Source of the DNA: a virus
Lineage: Duplodnaviria; Caudoviricetes
Length of the DNA: 59,978 nt
Virus record (IMG/VR): IMGVR_UViG_3300036781_000826
Span: 1-59,978 of that record
Direction: 5' to 3' (one strand)
Made by a program: the position numbers and the translations under genes. Shown in pieces: positions 38,300 to 48,811 of this stretch (its first letter is position 1; each line of letters begins with the position of its first letter). The notes beneath the pieces are model-generated. The model had not been told where the DNA came from and did not search any database. It saw only the letters and a program-made list of their open reading frames with translations.

Positions 38300-38761
38300 A
38301 TGACTGCTTCCTCGCTGGCCACCACCACGGCTGGTTCCACTATCGCGATCTCCGCCGCCGCGCCCGCCGCGAACACCAAGACCGGCTATTCGGCCCTGAC
38401 CTTTACCGAGATCGGCGAGGTCTCCGACCTCGGCACGCTCGGCCGGACCTACAACACCGTGACCTTCTCCCCGGTGGCGAGCCGCGGTGTCCGCAAGATC
38501 AAGGGTTCCTTCGACGACGGCCAGATGCCGTTGAAGATCGCCCACGCACCCGGCGACCCCGGCCAGGTCATCCTCGCCGCCGCGCTGGACGACGATGCCT
38601 TCTACAGCTTCGAGCTTACCCTGCAGGACGGGACGATCAAATACTTCCGCGCCCAGGTCTCCAGCTACCCGGTCGAACTCGGCGGCGTGGACTCGATCAC
38701 CATGAGCACGGTGAATTTGGAAGTCATGAGCGGCACGATCATCACCGTCCTGCCGGCGTAA
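38300..38761 (+). CDS. Major tail tube protein
   Basis: FTEIGEV..LG..G; K.KGS.D.G; D.GQ. Confidence 0.88.
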   Translation: MTASSLATTTAGSTIAISAAAPAANTKTGYSALTFTEIGEVSDLGTLGRTYNTVTFSPVASRGVRKIKGSFDDGQMPLKIAHAPGDPGQVILAAALDDDAFYSFELTLQDGTIKYFRAQVSSYPVELGGVDSITMSTVNLEVMSGTIITVLPA

Positions 38762-38843
38762 GCCGCCCGCGGACGCAGAGCAGAACACCTACCCCCCCAA
38801 ACTTTAAGGACTGGTCGCGCCAGTCCTCCTTTTGGAGACCACC

Positions 38844-39248
38844 ATGTTCGATATCGCCTCCATCGAAGTCAGCGACACGACCGACATCGCGATCATGAAC
38901 CCCAGCACCGGTGAGCCGCTGATCGGGGAGGACGACAAGGCCTGCACGGTCACCGTCTACGGGCCTGGCTCGAAGCCATTCAAGGCCGCGCAATCGGTCG
39001 CCTCCAACCGCGCCATGAAGCGCGTCCGCGCCAAGGGCCGGAACGCCGAGACGACGCCGGACGAAGAGGCCGCCGCAACCGCGAGCTTCCTGTCGGCCAT
39101 CACCGTGAGCTTCAACAACTTCAACTACGGCGGCAGCGGCGAGCCGGAAGCGATCCGCAGGGCCTATGCCGACCCCAAGATGGGCTGGCTGACCGAGCAG
39201 GTGAACGCCGGCGCCGGTGACTGGGCGGCTTTTACGAAGGCTGCCTAG
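38844..39248 (+). CDS. Tail assembly chaperone (gpG-like)
   Basis: V.GPGSK; follows tail tube gene. Confidence 0.8.
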   Translation: MFDIASIEVSDTTDIAIMNPSTGEPLIGEDDKACTVTVYGPGSKPFKAAQSVASNRAMKRVRAKGRNAETTPDEEAAATASFLSAITVSFNNFNYGGSGEPEAIRRAYADPKMGWLTEQVNAGAGDWAAFTKAA

Positions 39249-39715
39249 CAGCCCTCACACTTCACGCCCGCCATGCCGCCTGGCTCCACGCCAGGCCCGG
39301 AAAGAAAGGCAAGCAGGCCGATAAGCTCTCCAGGATGGAGCGTTTCAAGGCCGACGAGGAAAAGGGCCTCCAGCGCCCGGAATTGGACTTCCCTCCACTG
39401 GAAGGCGCGGACCACCTCATCGACTACCTGTTCAGTTGCGGGCCCACCTCCGGCGGCGAGGCGCTCACCTTCCAGGAAATCCGGGCCTGGATGGACCTCA
39501 CTGGGCGCATCTTGACCGCCTGGGAGGCCGAGACGTTGCGGGTGATCTCGGCGGCCTATGCGTCAGAGGCCTTTTCGGCGTCGGATGTGGACCGGCAACC
39601 GCCCTACAGGGCAACGCCATTCGCCAGGGAAGCGCCAAGCCGTGAGGACGTCAGCGACCGGCTCAAGGCGGCCTTCGAGCTGCTGGAGCGGCAGGATAAG
39701 GGCAGGAGGGACTAG
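39230..39715 (+). CDS. Tail assembly chaperone C-terminal extension (gpT-like), via predicted -1 frameshift
   Basis: -1 frame open from 39221; LTFQEIRAW..LTG..L..WE motif. Confidence 0.7.
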   Translation, partial: FYEGCLAALTLHARHAAWLHARPGKKGKQADKLSRMERFKADEEKGLQRPELDFPPLEGADHLIDYLFSCGPTSGGEALTFQEIRAWMDLTGRILTAWEAETLRVISAAYASEAFSASDVDRQPPYRATPFAREAPSREDVSDRLKAAFELLERQDKGRRD

Positions 39716-39728
39716 GCGAGGGCGTGCG

Positions 39729-40172
39729 TTAGAATTTCGTATCGACGTGTGGGAAGCCGGTGAAGGCAGACTTTTCGCAATGGCCGCGCCAAAAGAGGGC
39801 TATCCGCCTGGGGCCAATCCCGCTCTCGAAGTGCATGAAGTGATCGCCGGTCTCGCGGGAGATCGAGTTTAGGGTGTCCTCATGCTCGCGCGGCGTATCT
39901 ACCGTCCGCTTTTCAAGGACTAGGTCGACAGGCGTCACCTCGACAAAATCGCTTTGGGCGTGGCAGTCGGCCTCACACCACTTCTTTGCGTCGAGGTCGA
40001 TGCGATAGACGGTCGTGTACGGCTTGGTCTCGTCCTTGACGAGCGCCGGAACGAGTGTGCGGAGCGAGCCAGTGCATGTGAGATCGAACGCAGCCGTCTG
40101 AGCCTCCGCCGTGCAGGACAACAGCGACCACGTGACCGCGACCAGGCCAAGGTTGATCGTAAGCCGTGCCAT
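39729..40172 (-). CDS. Exported protein (moron)
   Basis: Signal peptide; Cys pairs; opposite strand. Confidence 0.7.
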   Translation of the reverse strand: MARLTINLGLVAVTWSLLSCTAEAQTAAFDLTCTGSLRTLVPALVKDETKPYTTVYRIDLDAKKWCEADCHAQSDFVEVTPVDLVLEKRTVDTPREHEDTLNSISRETGDHFMHFESGIGPRRIALFWRGHCEKSAFTGFPHVDTKF

Positions 40173-40222
40173 CGTTTGGATTCTCCGCTTTTGGCGAAGG
40201 TGGCGCCGAATAGTTTGGCCGC

Positions 40223-40399
40223 CTAGTCGATTTTGCCCGGCCGAAGGGCCGTCTCGATCATGGCGCGAATGGCCTCAGGTCTCGTTGGTTTCGGATCAGG
40301 CTGGCGGCCTATCCAGGCGTCAAGATCCGCAAGAGTTCGCGGCTGAAGGCGCACCTGAACCGGCGTCCCTTTTCCGGTAGGGGCAGGCCCTCGCCTCAG
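40223..40399 (-). pseudogene. Ribbon-helix-helix protein lacking a clear start
   Basis: RGPAPTGKG..VQVRL...L..LD.W...TRPEAIR. Confidence 0.5.
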
Positions 40400-40541
40400 T
40401 CTCGCAGGTGGTGGACGACTTGAAGGTAATCGGCGTGCACTCCAGGCCAGCAAGGCGCGCCTCGATTATCCTGAAATGAAGCATCATAAGCGCCTTGTGA
40501 ACTTCATCTGCGAGAAGGCGATCTTCAGCGTAGTCAGCCAT
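40320..40541 (-). CDS. Hypothetical protein (MADYAEDRLL...)
   Basis: GGGGG RBS-like run; overlaps RHH remnant. Confidence 0.4.
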   Translation of the reverse strand: MADYAEDRLLADEVHKALMMLHFRIIEARLAGLECTPITFKSSTTCETEARACPYRKRDAGSGAPSAANSCGS

Positions 40542-40629
40542 CTTGGTTCCCCCATCGACAAGCTGAGCCACCAACTCGACGGATGCAACCACGCGGGGTA
40601 GCATCGCTCGATCTTGGGGAGGAACGACG

Positions 40630-41088
40630 ATGCGGACGTTGGCGGTGATCCTGATGGCCAGCTTGGCGCTTGCCCACGCGTCGACCGCAGCTCCGCCGAA
40701 AGCAAAGCCCCATTCTCCGTCGAGTAACCCCCGCTGTGCGACGCTGAGGCAGGCCATCGAGGACTCCGTCAAGCAGATGGGCGCGATCGAGGCTGACGGC
40801 GCTGCCGACAACAGCGCTCCTCGCGCCACGATGAGGGCCGGCCAAATCTCCAACCAGCAGGCGGAGATTCAGAACAACATCCTGCTGATGAGGTCGAATA
40901 GTTGCCCGGCATACGAGGGGTCGTTGTCGTCAACGACCTACCTCTTGCCGGCCCTGGATTGCGCCACGTCAATGCTGCAGGACAGCACGAAGAGGATATT
41001 GGCCCAGCCTGCGGCCGGATCGGCGCAGGACTCCGATACCTCGAAAGTCTGTGACCGGGCGTCCTGGAAACCCGGGAAAGCGGGTTAG
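40630..41088 (+). CDS. Exported protein (moron)
   Basis: GGAGG RBS; signal peptide; four Cys. Confidence 0.75.
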   Translation: MRTLAVILMASLALAHASTAAPPKAKPHSPSSNPRCATLRQAIEDSVKQMGAIEADGAADNSAPRATMRAGQISNQQAEIQNNILLMRSNSCPAYEGSLSSTTYLLPALDCATSMLQDSTKRILAQPAAGSAQDSDTSKVCDRASWKPGKAG

Positions 41089-41130
41089 CCAGCGTCGGGT
41101 CTCGTTCGATGGGCCAAGGAAGAAGCGCCG

Positions 41131-41382
41131 CTAGCGCTTCAGGGGGCCGCCCATGGTGCGCGATAGTTCCTCAAGAACCTGACGAGCTCGCCCGAACGTA
41201 GCGGGGCGCAGTTCCGATGCCGCTTCCAGCCCCACCAAGGCCAGGTCGATCATCTCATTGACCGTCGCCTGGTCTATGAGTCCGCGGCTCTTCAATACGC
41301 CCAGCACCGAAGTCATGAGCGCGGAGTGCGCCAGGACGATGCCGGCCGTCTCTTCGAAATCCGAGATCTGTTGTTCGGTCAT
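41131..41382 (-). CDS. Small helical protein (moron)
   Basis: GAGG RBS; amphipathic helices. Confidence 0.6.
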   Translation of the reverse strand: MTEQQISDFEETAGIVLAHSALMTSVLGVLKSRGLIDQATVNEMIDLALVGLEAASELRPATFGRARQVLEELSRTMGGPLKR

Positions 41383-41435
41383 CCGCGCCTCGTGTGCGGC
41401 CGAAATCTATCACGCTAAGCCCAGGAGGCGAACCG

Positions 41436-44400
41436 ATGACGATTGACGTCGCCAGCCTGGTCTTCGAGTTCGATTCCACGCAGGCCAAGCAGGCGGCGGC
41501 GGACCTGGACATGGTCACGGCGGCCGGCGACCGCCTCGATGCGTCGGCCCGCCGTGTCCAGACCGCCACGCAGCTTGCCGGCATCGGCATGCAGAGCGCC
41601 AACGGCGCGTCGACGACCGCGACGAAGAACGCCACAGACCTGGCGAACGCGCAGGGCGCGGTCGGAAAGGCGACGCGAGCCTCCACGGCAGCGTCCGCCG
41701 CCGCCGCCGCCCAGCGCGCCCTCGACGCCGCCGCCATGCGGGAGTTGGTCCTTGCCTCGAAGCAGTACGAGGCGTCCCTGGCCGCTCAAGCCCGTGAAGA
41801 GGCCGCCGCCGCCGCGTCCAAAGCGCGCCTCGCCACGCAGGTCGACAACATCCTCGGCCGCATGGACCCCCTGACGAAAATCCAGAACACGGCGGCGGCC
41901 AGCACGGCGAAACTCGACCAGGCGCTCGCCGCCGGCGTGATCACGGCTGAACAGCACGCCAGCGCGACTGCGAAAGTCGCCACCGCGGCTGAGGCTGGCG
42001 TGGCCGGTCTCACGCACCTTGGGTCTGGCGCGAAGGTATCAGGCGCCGCGATGCAAGAACTGACCGGTATCGTCAGGCACTCCATCGACGCGCTCGCGGC
42101 CGGCGCGAACCCGGCGATCGTGCTCGCTCAGCACACCGCGAGCCTCGCGCAGGTGTTTGGCGGCGGGCAGGGCGGTCTAGGAGCTGTGCTCAAGGCCGTA
42201 ACCAGCCCGCTCGGGCTCATGATCACAGGTATCGTTGCAGTTGGCGCTGCCATCGTGGGCACGATCAGCCTGGTGGGCAGCTACAACAGCCACATCAAGG
42301 AGTTGTCCGACCTGAGCGCAGGCGTTGGCGCTGCGGCGGGGGCGAATGCCGACCAGATCTCAGCGGCGGCCGACCGCATCTCGAAGGACACCGGAAAGTC
42401 GTTCGGCAGCGCCGAGCAATCGGTCCTGACCCTCGTCCAGACCGGAAAGATCGGTGCCGGCGCCTTCGTCGCCTTTGGCGACAGCGTCGACAAATATGCC
42501 GACGAAACGGGCCTCAAGGCTGTCGACGCCAACAAGGAACTTGCGGCGGCCTTGGCCGACCCCGCCAAGGGCCTTGCGACAGTCAACGACCGGCTGAACT
42601 TCCTCAACGCGACCCAGGTCGACAACATCCTGAACCTGCAGAAGCAGGGCGACCTCTCGAAGGCCGATGACGCGATCCTGGCTGCGCTCTCCATCCGCCT
42701 GGACGATGTGACCCATCGTACCGGCCTCTGGTCGTCGGCCATGGGCGGCGTCGCGAACGCGTTCCATGCGGTCCACAGCGCGGTCGGCCAGTTCTTCTCG
42801 TCGGACCCAGTGAAGACCGCTCAGGATTACTCCGGCTTTGGCGCCAATCCGGTGATCGACGCCCAAGCCGCGCAGGCCGCCGCGAACCAGCGGAAGGCCG
42901 CCGGCATTCAGACAATCCAGCAGGCGTCCGGCCTGGTCGACAAGGACGATCTCGACGGCACCCAGAAGCTTACCGCGCTCCAGAGCAACCTGACGCTCGT
43001 CACCAAGGCTCTCGCGGACGCCCAACTCTACGACAAGGATGCGGTTTCCGGCCTGGCGACCGAGCAGAATGCGCTTCAGCACGCCGTCACCACCTACGTC
43101 CCGGCGGCCCAGAAGGCGCACGATGTCTCGGTCGCGCAACTGGCGGTTACGAACGCCCATACGCCGGCTCAAAAGGCCGCTGCTGCGGCCAGTTTGGTGC
43201 GCGCCCAAGCCGAGGGCGACGTGGTGACTGCCACGCAATTGGGCGTGAAGGCCTCCGATGCCGCGACCGAGGCGTCGGCCAAGCAGGTGGTTAAGGGCGA
43301 GAGCCACGCGCAGACCTTGGCGCGAGAGGCGGCGGCGACGACCGCGACGACAGCAGCAAACCTCAATCTCGCTCAGGCCTATGGCGTGTCTTCCGCGGCC
43401 GCTTTCCAGGCCCAGGCTCGCGCCGAGGCGGTCGGAAAGGCGACCAAGGACAAGGGCGACATAGACGCCTTCGTCCAGCGCCAAGCCGACCTGAACGCAT
43501 CGAAGTCCGCAGTCGACGGCGCCAAGAGCGCGGCCGCCCTCGACCAGCAGACGGCCGCCCAGAAATTCGCGACGCAGGCGGTTCTCGACGGCACGAAATC
43601 CGCCACCGAGGCCAACCAGTCGATGCAAGAAGGCCTGACCATTTCAGCGCTGACGGCCATCGCTGACCAATCCAGCGCGAAGGCCAAGGCCGTGCTGCTC
43701 GATGTGGTCCAGCGGCTCAAGGTCGCCCAGATCGAGCACAACGATGCGGTGCGAGACGGTGTTCTCGCCGCCCAGCAGGCAACCCAGAGCAACAACATTG
43801 CGATGCTTCAACTGGAGTTGTCCCTGGTCGGCGCCACGAACAAGGAGCGCGCGGTCGCCCTCGCTCAACTGGCCGAACAGCAGCGCCTTGAGCAGATCCA
43901 GAAGGGTCTATCCGCCACGCCGCAGGGCGCGGCTCAGGTGGGCGCCGCGAGCGCCGCTGCTGCCCTGGGCGTAGACGTGAAACAAGCGAACGACGCATAC
44001 AACCTGAGCCTGTCGCGCACATCTGATCTCCTTCAGGAGATCGCCACGCACACCGCTGCCGTAACTAGCGGCCTGGTCGATGGCTTCGGCAAGGCCGGGA
44101 CGGCCTTGGGCGGCCTCCTCAACGCGCAAACGGCCTACGCCGCGACGCAGGCGAAGCTCGCCCAGGATGAAGCGGCACAAATCCTCAAGGTGGGCGCGGG
44201 AACGAAAGCTGCCGCCGACACCGAGGTCGAATACGCGAAGAAGCGCCAGGACGCCGAGGTCGAGGCCAACCTGGCGTCGCTGGACAGCTTCAAATCGCTC
44301 TTCGGCACGAAGACGGCGGCCTACAAGGCCCTGAACGACATCGAGACGGCCTATCGCGTCGTCCAGCTCGCCGGCATGGCCGAGGCTGCGGTTGTGGATG

Positions 44401-46844
44401 CGGTCCACACTGCGGAATCCATCGGCAACTCCCTGGCGCGGGGCGCGGCCAGCGCTGCGGCCGGCGCCGCGAAGATGTTCGAGGAGTTGGGTCCATTCGC
44501 GTTCCCGGTCGTGGCGGCGATGGTCGGCACCCTTGTGGCGCTGGGCCTGAGCCTGAGTGGTGGTGGCGGCGCGACCGGCGCGACGGACGCCGCCGATCGC
44601 CAGAAGGCGCAAGGGACCGGCAGCGTCCTCGGTGATCCGACGGCTACCTCGCAATCGATCGCCAACGCGCTGTCGATCGCCACGGCAAATCAAAACCAAG
44701 ACCTGCAGTACTCATCGCAGATGGTGACGTCGCTGCGCAGCATCGACTCCAACATCTCGACGCTCACCGCGGCCCTGGCCCAGGAATTGGGCGTTGGCGG
44801 CGCCTTCGATACGTCGAAGCTCGACCTCGGCACATCGACCAGCGGGCCAGGCCTGTTGACCAGGATCCTGGCGCCGATCTCGAACCTGCTGCCCGGCCTG
44901 TTTGGATCGAAGACCACCAACACCCTGCAGGACCAGGGCATCACGTTCACGCCCCAGACGGTGTCGCAGATCGTCGCCGCAGGCATCCAGGCGGCCAGCT
45001 ACAACGAGGTCTCCAGCGAGACGAAATCGTCGTTCCTGGGGATCACCTACAGCGACAAGACCAAGCTCAATACAACCAACACGCCGCTGGACGCCGACGT
45101 CTCGGGCGACATCACCCGCATCATCGGATCGCTGGAAAATGGCGTCCTGGCCGCGGCGAACACGCTGGGCATCCAAGGCGCCAAGGCGACCATCGACGCG
45201 ATGACCTTGAGCCTAGGCACGGTGAGTCTGAAGGGCCTGACCGGGTCGGCGCTGACCGACGCTGTGAACGCGGTCTTCAGCAAGGCCGGCGACGACATGG
45301 CCGCGGCGATCATGCCGATGATCAGCCAGTTCCAGAAAGCGGGCGAGGGCGCTTTCGAGACGCTGACGCGGCTGGCGACCGACTACCAGGATGTCGACGT
45401 CTCTCTCGAAAGCATCGGCAAGACCTTCAACGGTGTCGGTGTCGCCTCGATCGCCGCCCGCGAGAACCTGATCACGTTGGTTGGTGGCGTCGACAACCTG
45501 ACGAGCGAGACCTCGGCGTTCGCGACCGAGTTCCTGACCAGCGCCCAGCAACTCGCGCCGGTGCAGGCCGCGGTCACCGCCGAGATGGCCTCGCTGGGCT
45601 ACTCGGCGGTCACCACCAAGACCCAGTTCGCCGCCCTTGTGCAGGGGATCGACGTCAGCACCGATGCCGGCGCCGAGCTCTATGCCGCGCTACTGGCCGT
45701 GGCGCCAGCCTTTGGCAAGGTCGCTGACGCCGCGATGGCCGCTGCCCAAGCGACTGCCGATCAGGCCGTGACCGATGCGCAGAGCGCCGTCGACGCGGCC
45801 CGCCAGACGCTCACCGACCAGTACAATGCCGAGCAGACCGCTCTCCAGGGCGCCATCGACGCGAACCAGGCGTTCGTGACCTCGCTCCAGGCCTATCGAA
45901 CCAGCCTCGACACCAGCGACGCGGCGTCGAACAGTCCGACGCAACAGCTTGCGGTGACGCGGGCGCAGTTCGAGCAGCTTGAGGCGCTCCCGGCCGGCGA
46001 CGCGACCCGGCTTGCGGGCTTGCAAGCCGCCGGCGAGGCCTTCCTGGCCGCCTCGAAGGCCGCCGCGCCCACGCAGGCCGCCTACAACAAGGACCTGGCC
46101 GAGGTGAAGCGCGCGACGGATGCCTCGGCCACTGCCGCGCAGAGCAACGTCGACCTGGCGCAATCCCAGCTCGATGCCCTGAACGCCTCGGTCACCGGCC
46201 TGATCACGCTAAACACCACGGCCACGCAAGGCGCCATCGACATCGTCGCGGCCATCGGTGGCCTGAACGCGGCCCTGAGCGCGCTCGCTGCGGCGCAGAC
46301 CACCGATGCGGCGATTGCCGCTGGCGGAGCGACGACGCCAGCCACGACCCTGGCCACGGACACCACCACGACCACGGCGACAACCACGCCCACCAACGAC
46401 AACCTCGCCTCTGCCAACACCAACACGCCGGCCCCGACCGCCACGAGCCTCCCGCTCGACCAAGCCGCCCAACTGGCGGCTCTGGCCGCCCAGCAAGCGG
46501 CCGGCTATGTCGGCGCCGGCGCGTCCAGCGACCTCCACGAGCAAAAGTTCGCGACCGGCGGCGCCTTCACCGTCGCGGGTCCTTCAGCCGGAGACCATGT
46601 CCCGGTCGACTTCATGGCCAACGGCGGCGAGCGCGTGAGCATCGACCGCGCCGATAGCACGGCAGCCCTGGCCGACCAGGTAAGGGCGCTGATCGTCGAG
46701 GTCACCGCCCTGCGCGCGGCGGCCGAGAGCACCGCGCGGACGAACGCCTCGATGGAAGCCCGCGAGGGCAAGCGCGACATCCGAGGCCTCTACGTCCGCG
46801 GCGAGCAGCCCGACGATCCGGTTTCGACCAAGGAGGCGGCTTAG
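41436..46844 (+). CDS. Tape measure protein
   Basis: About 1800 aa, Ala-rich helical; DVASL start; FATGG near C-terminus; AGGAGG RBS. Confidence 0.93.
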   Translation: MTIDVASLVFEFDSTQAKQAAADLDMVTAAGDRLDASARRVQTATQLAGIGMQSANGASTTATKNATDLANAQGAVGKATRASTAASAAAAAQRALDAAAMRELVLASKQYEASLAAQAREEAAAAASKARLATQVDNILGRMDPLTKIQNTAAASTAKLDQALAAGVITAEQHASATAKVATAAEAGVAGLTHLGSGAKVSGAAMQELTGIVRHSIDALAAGANPAIVLAQHTASLAQVFGGGQGGLGAVLKAVTSPLGLMITGIVAVGAAIVGTISLVGSYNSHIKELSDLSAGVGAAAGANADQISAAADRISKDTGKSFGSAEQSVLTLVQTGKIGAGAFVAFGDSVDKYADETGLKAVDANKELAAALADPAKGLATVNDRLNFLNATQVDNILNLQKQGDLSKADDAILAALSIRLDDVTHRTGLWSSAMGGVANAFHAVHSAVGQFFSSDPVKTAQDYSGFGANPVIDAQAAQAAANQRKAAGIQTIQQASGLVDKDDLDGTQKLTALQSNLTLVTKALADAQLYDKDAVSGLATEQNALQHAVTTYVPAAQKAHDVSVAQLAVTNAHTPAQKAAAAASLVRAQAEGDVVTATQLGVKASDAATEASAKQVVKGESHAQTLAREAAATTATTAANLNLAQAYGVSSAAAFQAQARAEAVGKATKDKGDIDAFVQRQADLNASKSAVDGAKSAAALDQQTAAQKFATQAVLDGTKSATEANQSMQEGLTISALTAIADQSSAKAKAVLLDVVQRLKVAQIEHNDAVRDGVLAAQQATQSNNIAMLQLELSLVGATNKERAVALAQLAEQQRLEQIQKGLSATPQGAAQVGAASAAAALGVDVKQANDAYNLSLSRTSDLLQEIATHTAAVTSGLVDGFGKAGTALGGLLNAQTAYAATQAKLAQDEAAQILKVGAGTKAAADTEVEYAKKRQDAEVEANLASLDSFKSLFGTKTAAYKALNDIETAYRVVQLAGMAEAAVVDAVHTAESIGNSLARGAASAAAGAAKMFEELGPFAFPVVAAMVGTLVALGLSLSGGGGATGATDAADRQKAQGTGSVLGDPTATSQSIANALSIATANQNQDLQYSSQMVTSLRSIDSNISTLTAALAQELGVGGAFDTSKLDLGTSTSGPGLLTRILAPISNLLPGLFGSKTTNTLQDQGITFTPQTVSQIVAAGIQAASYNEVSSETKSSFLGITYSDKTKLNTTNTPLDADVSGDITRIIGSLENGVLAAANTLGIQGAKATIDAMTLSLGTVSLKGLTGSALTDAVNAVFSKAGDDMAAAIMPMISQFQKAGEGAFETLTRLATDYQDVDVSLESIGKTFNGVGVASIAARENLITLVGGVDNLTSETSAFATEFLTSAQQLAPVQAAVTAEMASLGYSAVTTKTQFAALVQGIDVSTDAGAELYAALLAVAPAFGKVADAAMAAAQATADQAVTDAQSAVDAARQTLTDQYNAEQTALQGAIDANQAFVTSLQAYRTSLDTSDAASNSPTQQLAVTRAQFEQLEALPAGDATRLAGLQAAGEAFLAASKAAAPTQAAYNKDLAEVKRATDASATAAQSNVDLAQSQLDALNASVTGLITLNTTATQGAIDIVAAIGGLNAALSALAAAQTTDAAIAAGGATTPATTLATDTTTTTATTTPTNDNLASANTNTPAPTATSLPLDQAAQLAALAAQQAAGYVGAGASSDLHEQKFATGGAFTVAGPSAGDHVPVDFMANGGERVSIDRADSTAALADQVRALIVEVTALRAAAESTARTNASMEAREGKRDIRGLYVRGEQPDDPVSTKEAA

Positions 46845-47923
46845 TGGATGTAATTCCGCCGAATTCCGATGGCCTGACTACCATCACCGAGGCCATGCTG
46901 ACGGTGACGACCGTCCCTGAGACCGCGCCGGCTGCCTACAGCTCCGGAACGACCTACGCCCTGGGCGCCCAGGCCAGCGACCTCTCCGCCAACCTGATCC
47001 TGGTCTATGTCAGCCTGCAGGCCGCCAACACGGGCAACACGCCGGCCACCTCGCCGCTCTGGTGGCGCCTGATCGGCCGCACCTACCCGGTCTACAGCTC
47101 CGGCCACACCTACGCCCTGGGCGATCGGGCTATCGATGCGGTCAACCACCTCGAATATTCGAGCCTGACCGCCAGCAACACCGGCAACCCGCTCACCGAC
47201 GACACCCATTGGGTCCAGAACGGTCCTACGAACCGCTGGGCGTCGCTGGACCTCAACCGCAGCACCGGGACGACCTCGCCGTCGCCGATGACCTACGCCA
47301 TCGCGCCAGGCAAGCGGGTGGACTCGGTCGGCCTCGCCGGCATGGTGGCGGACAGCTACACGATCTCGATCACCAAGGACGGCGCCCCGATCACGACCGA
47401 CGTCTATCCGTACACCGAGAACCTGAGCACTCGGGTTGTGCTCGGCTGGCGGGATTGGCTTACCAAGCCGTTCACATTTCGCGCGGCTTCGGCGCGGTTC
47501 GACCTGCCGCTGATCTCCGGCGCGGTGATCACCATCACGCTCACGCGGGCGTCGGGCGACGTGACCCTGGGCGCCTTGTTCGTCAACCGCGGCGTCGATC
47601 TTGGCGACACCGAAACTGACCCGCAGGACGACGCCGAGAACTTCTCCACCTTCGACCGCGACATCGAGGGCACGGCGACGGACTTCATCCCGCGCCGCCT
47701 GCTGCCGCTGGTCACCCTGGGGAGCTTGGCCGACGCCGAGCGGACGCCGGAGATCCGCGACACCCGCGACGCTCTCCGGGCCACGCCGGCCTTCTGGTGC
47801 GGCATCCGCGACGTCACCGACCCCTATTTCGAAAGCATGGTCACCGTGGGTGTCTGGAAGAGCTTCAAGATCACCCCCGGCTATGGCGGCGCGCGCTGCG
47901 ACATCACCCTCGAGGAGGCCTAA
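46844..47923 (+). CDS. Tail tip protein with two carbohydrate-binding-like repeats
   Basis: YSSG.TYALG...Y.SL.A.NTGN.P...W twice; TNRW. Confidence 0.75.
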   Translation: MDVIPPNSDGLTTITEAMLTVTTVPETAPAAYSSGTTYALGAQASDLSANLILVYVSLQAANTGNTPATSPLWWRLIGRTYPVYSSGHTYALGDRAIDAVNHLEYSSLTASNTGNPLTDDTHWVQNGPTNRWASLDLNRSTGTTSPSPMTYAIAPGKRVDSVGLAGMVADSYTISITKDGAPITTDVYPYTENLSTRVVLGWRDWLTKPFTFRAASARFDLPLISGAVITITLTRASGDVTLGALFVNRGVDLGDTETDPQDDAENFSTFDRDIEGTATDFIPRRLLPLVTLGSLADAERTPEIRDTRDALRATPAFWCGIRDVTDPYFESMVTVGVWKSFKITPGYGGARCDITLEEA

Positions 47924-47926
47924 CAG

Positions 47927-48811
47927 ATGCCCACGCCTCCTACCCCGATCACGCCGCTTCCCACGCCGATCCCGATCACCTCCGACCCGGCCGACTTCGA
48001 TGCTCGCGCCGATGCGACTTGGACCGCTCTGCCGGACACCATCACCGGCATTGGTGATGCCGCCGAGGTGACCTACGCGAACGCTGTCGAGGCCGCTGCG
48101 TCAGCTTCCGCCGCTGCCTCCTCGGAGATCGTCGCGGCCGCCGCTATCGCCTCCACGAACTACGCCGCTTCGAGCGCGTCCAGCCTATCGCTCACTGCTG
48201 GGGCGAAGACCATCGTCCTCGACCAAGCCGGCAAGAGCTTCGCGGCCGGCGACATCGCCGCCGCCATCCGCCGGAGCAACCCGAACCAGCGGATGTTCAT
48301 GACGATCACCGCCTGGGATTCCAACCGCACGATGACGGCCAGCGTCGCGTCGGACAACATCCTGGGAAGCGGCGGCCCCTTCACCGACTGGATCATCGTG
48401 CTGGCCATCTGGGCGACGCCTGGGGCTGTGGCGGCCGACGTCTGGGCGGGCGACTCGACCTATCTGGCGGTCACGACGGCGGCGCTCACCTCCTCGGCCG
48501 CCTTCGGCACGCTCACCGACGCCTCGACAGTCGCCTGGGATATCGCCACCCAAGGCTTCAACGCGCGCGTCACCATCACCGCCAATCGGCTGATCGGCGC
48601 CCCGACCGGTTTGCAGGACGGGCTCACCTATTCCCTGGTCGTCGTGGAGAACGGCGCCGGCGGCTGGACGCCGACCTGGGCGTCTATCTGGGATTTCGGC
48701 GCGGTGGGCGCGCCCGCCTTCAACACTGGGGCCGGCAAGGCCAATCGGGTGTGGGCGCAGTACGACGCCACCAGCGCCAAGCTGATTGTCAGCGCCTGGA
48801 AGCCGGCATGA
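47927..48811 (+). CDS. Tail fibre/tip-associated protein
   Basis: LP..P...DP..FDARAD; TLTD.STVAWD. Confidence 0.7.
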   Translation: MPTPPTPITPLPTPIPITSDPADFDARADATWTALPDTITGIGDAAEVTYANAVEAAASASAAASSEIVAAAAIASTNYAASSASSLSLTAGAKTIVLDQAGKSFAAGDIAAAIRRSNPNQRMFMTITAWDSNRTMTASVASDNILGSGGPFTDWIIVLAIWATPGAVAADVWAGDSTYLAVTTAALTSSAAFGTLTDASTVAWDIATQGFNARVTITANRLIGAPTGLQDGLTYSLVVVENGAGGWTPTWASIWDFGAVGAPAFNTGAGKANRVWAQYDATSAKLIVSAWKPA

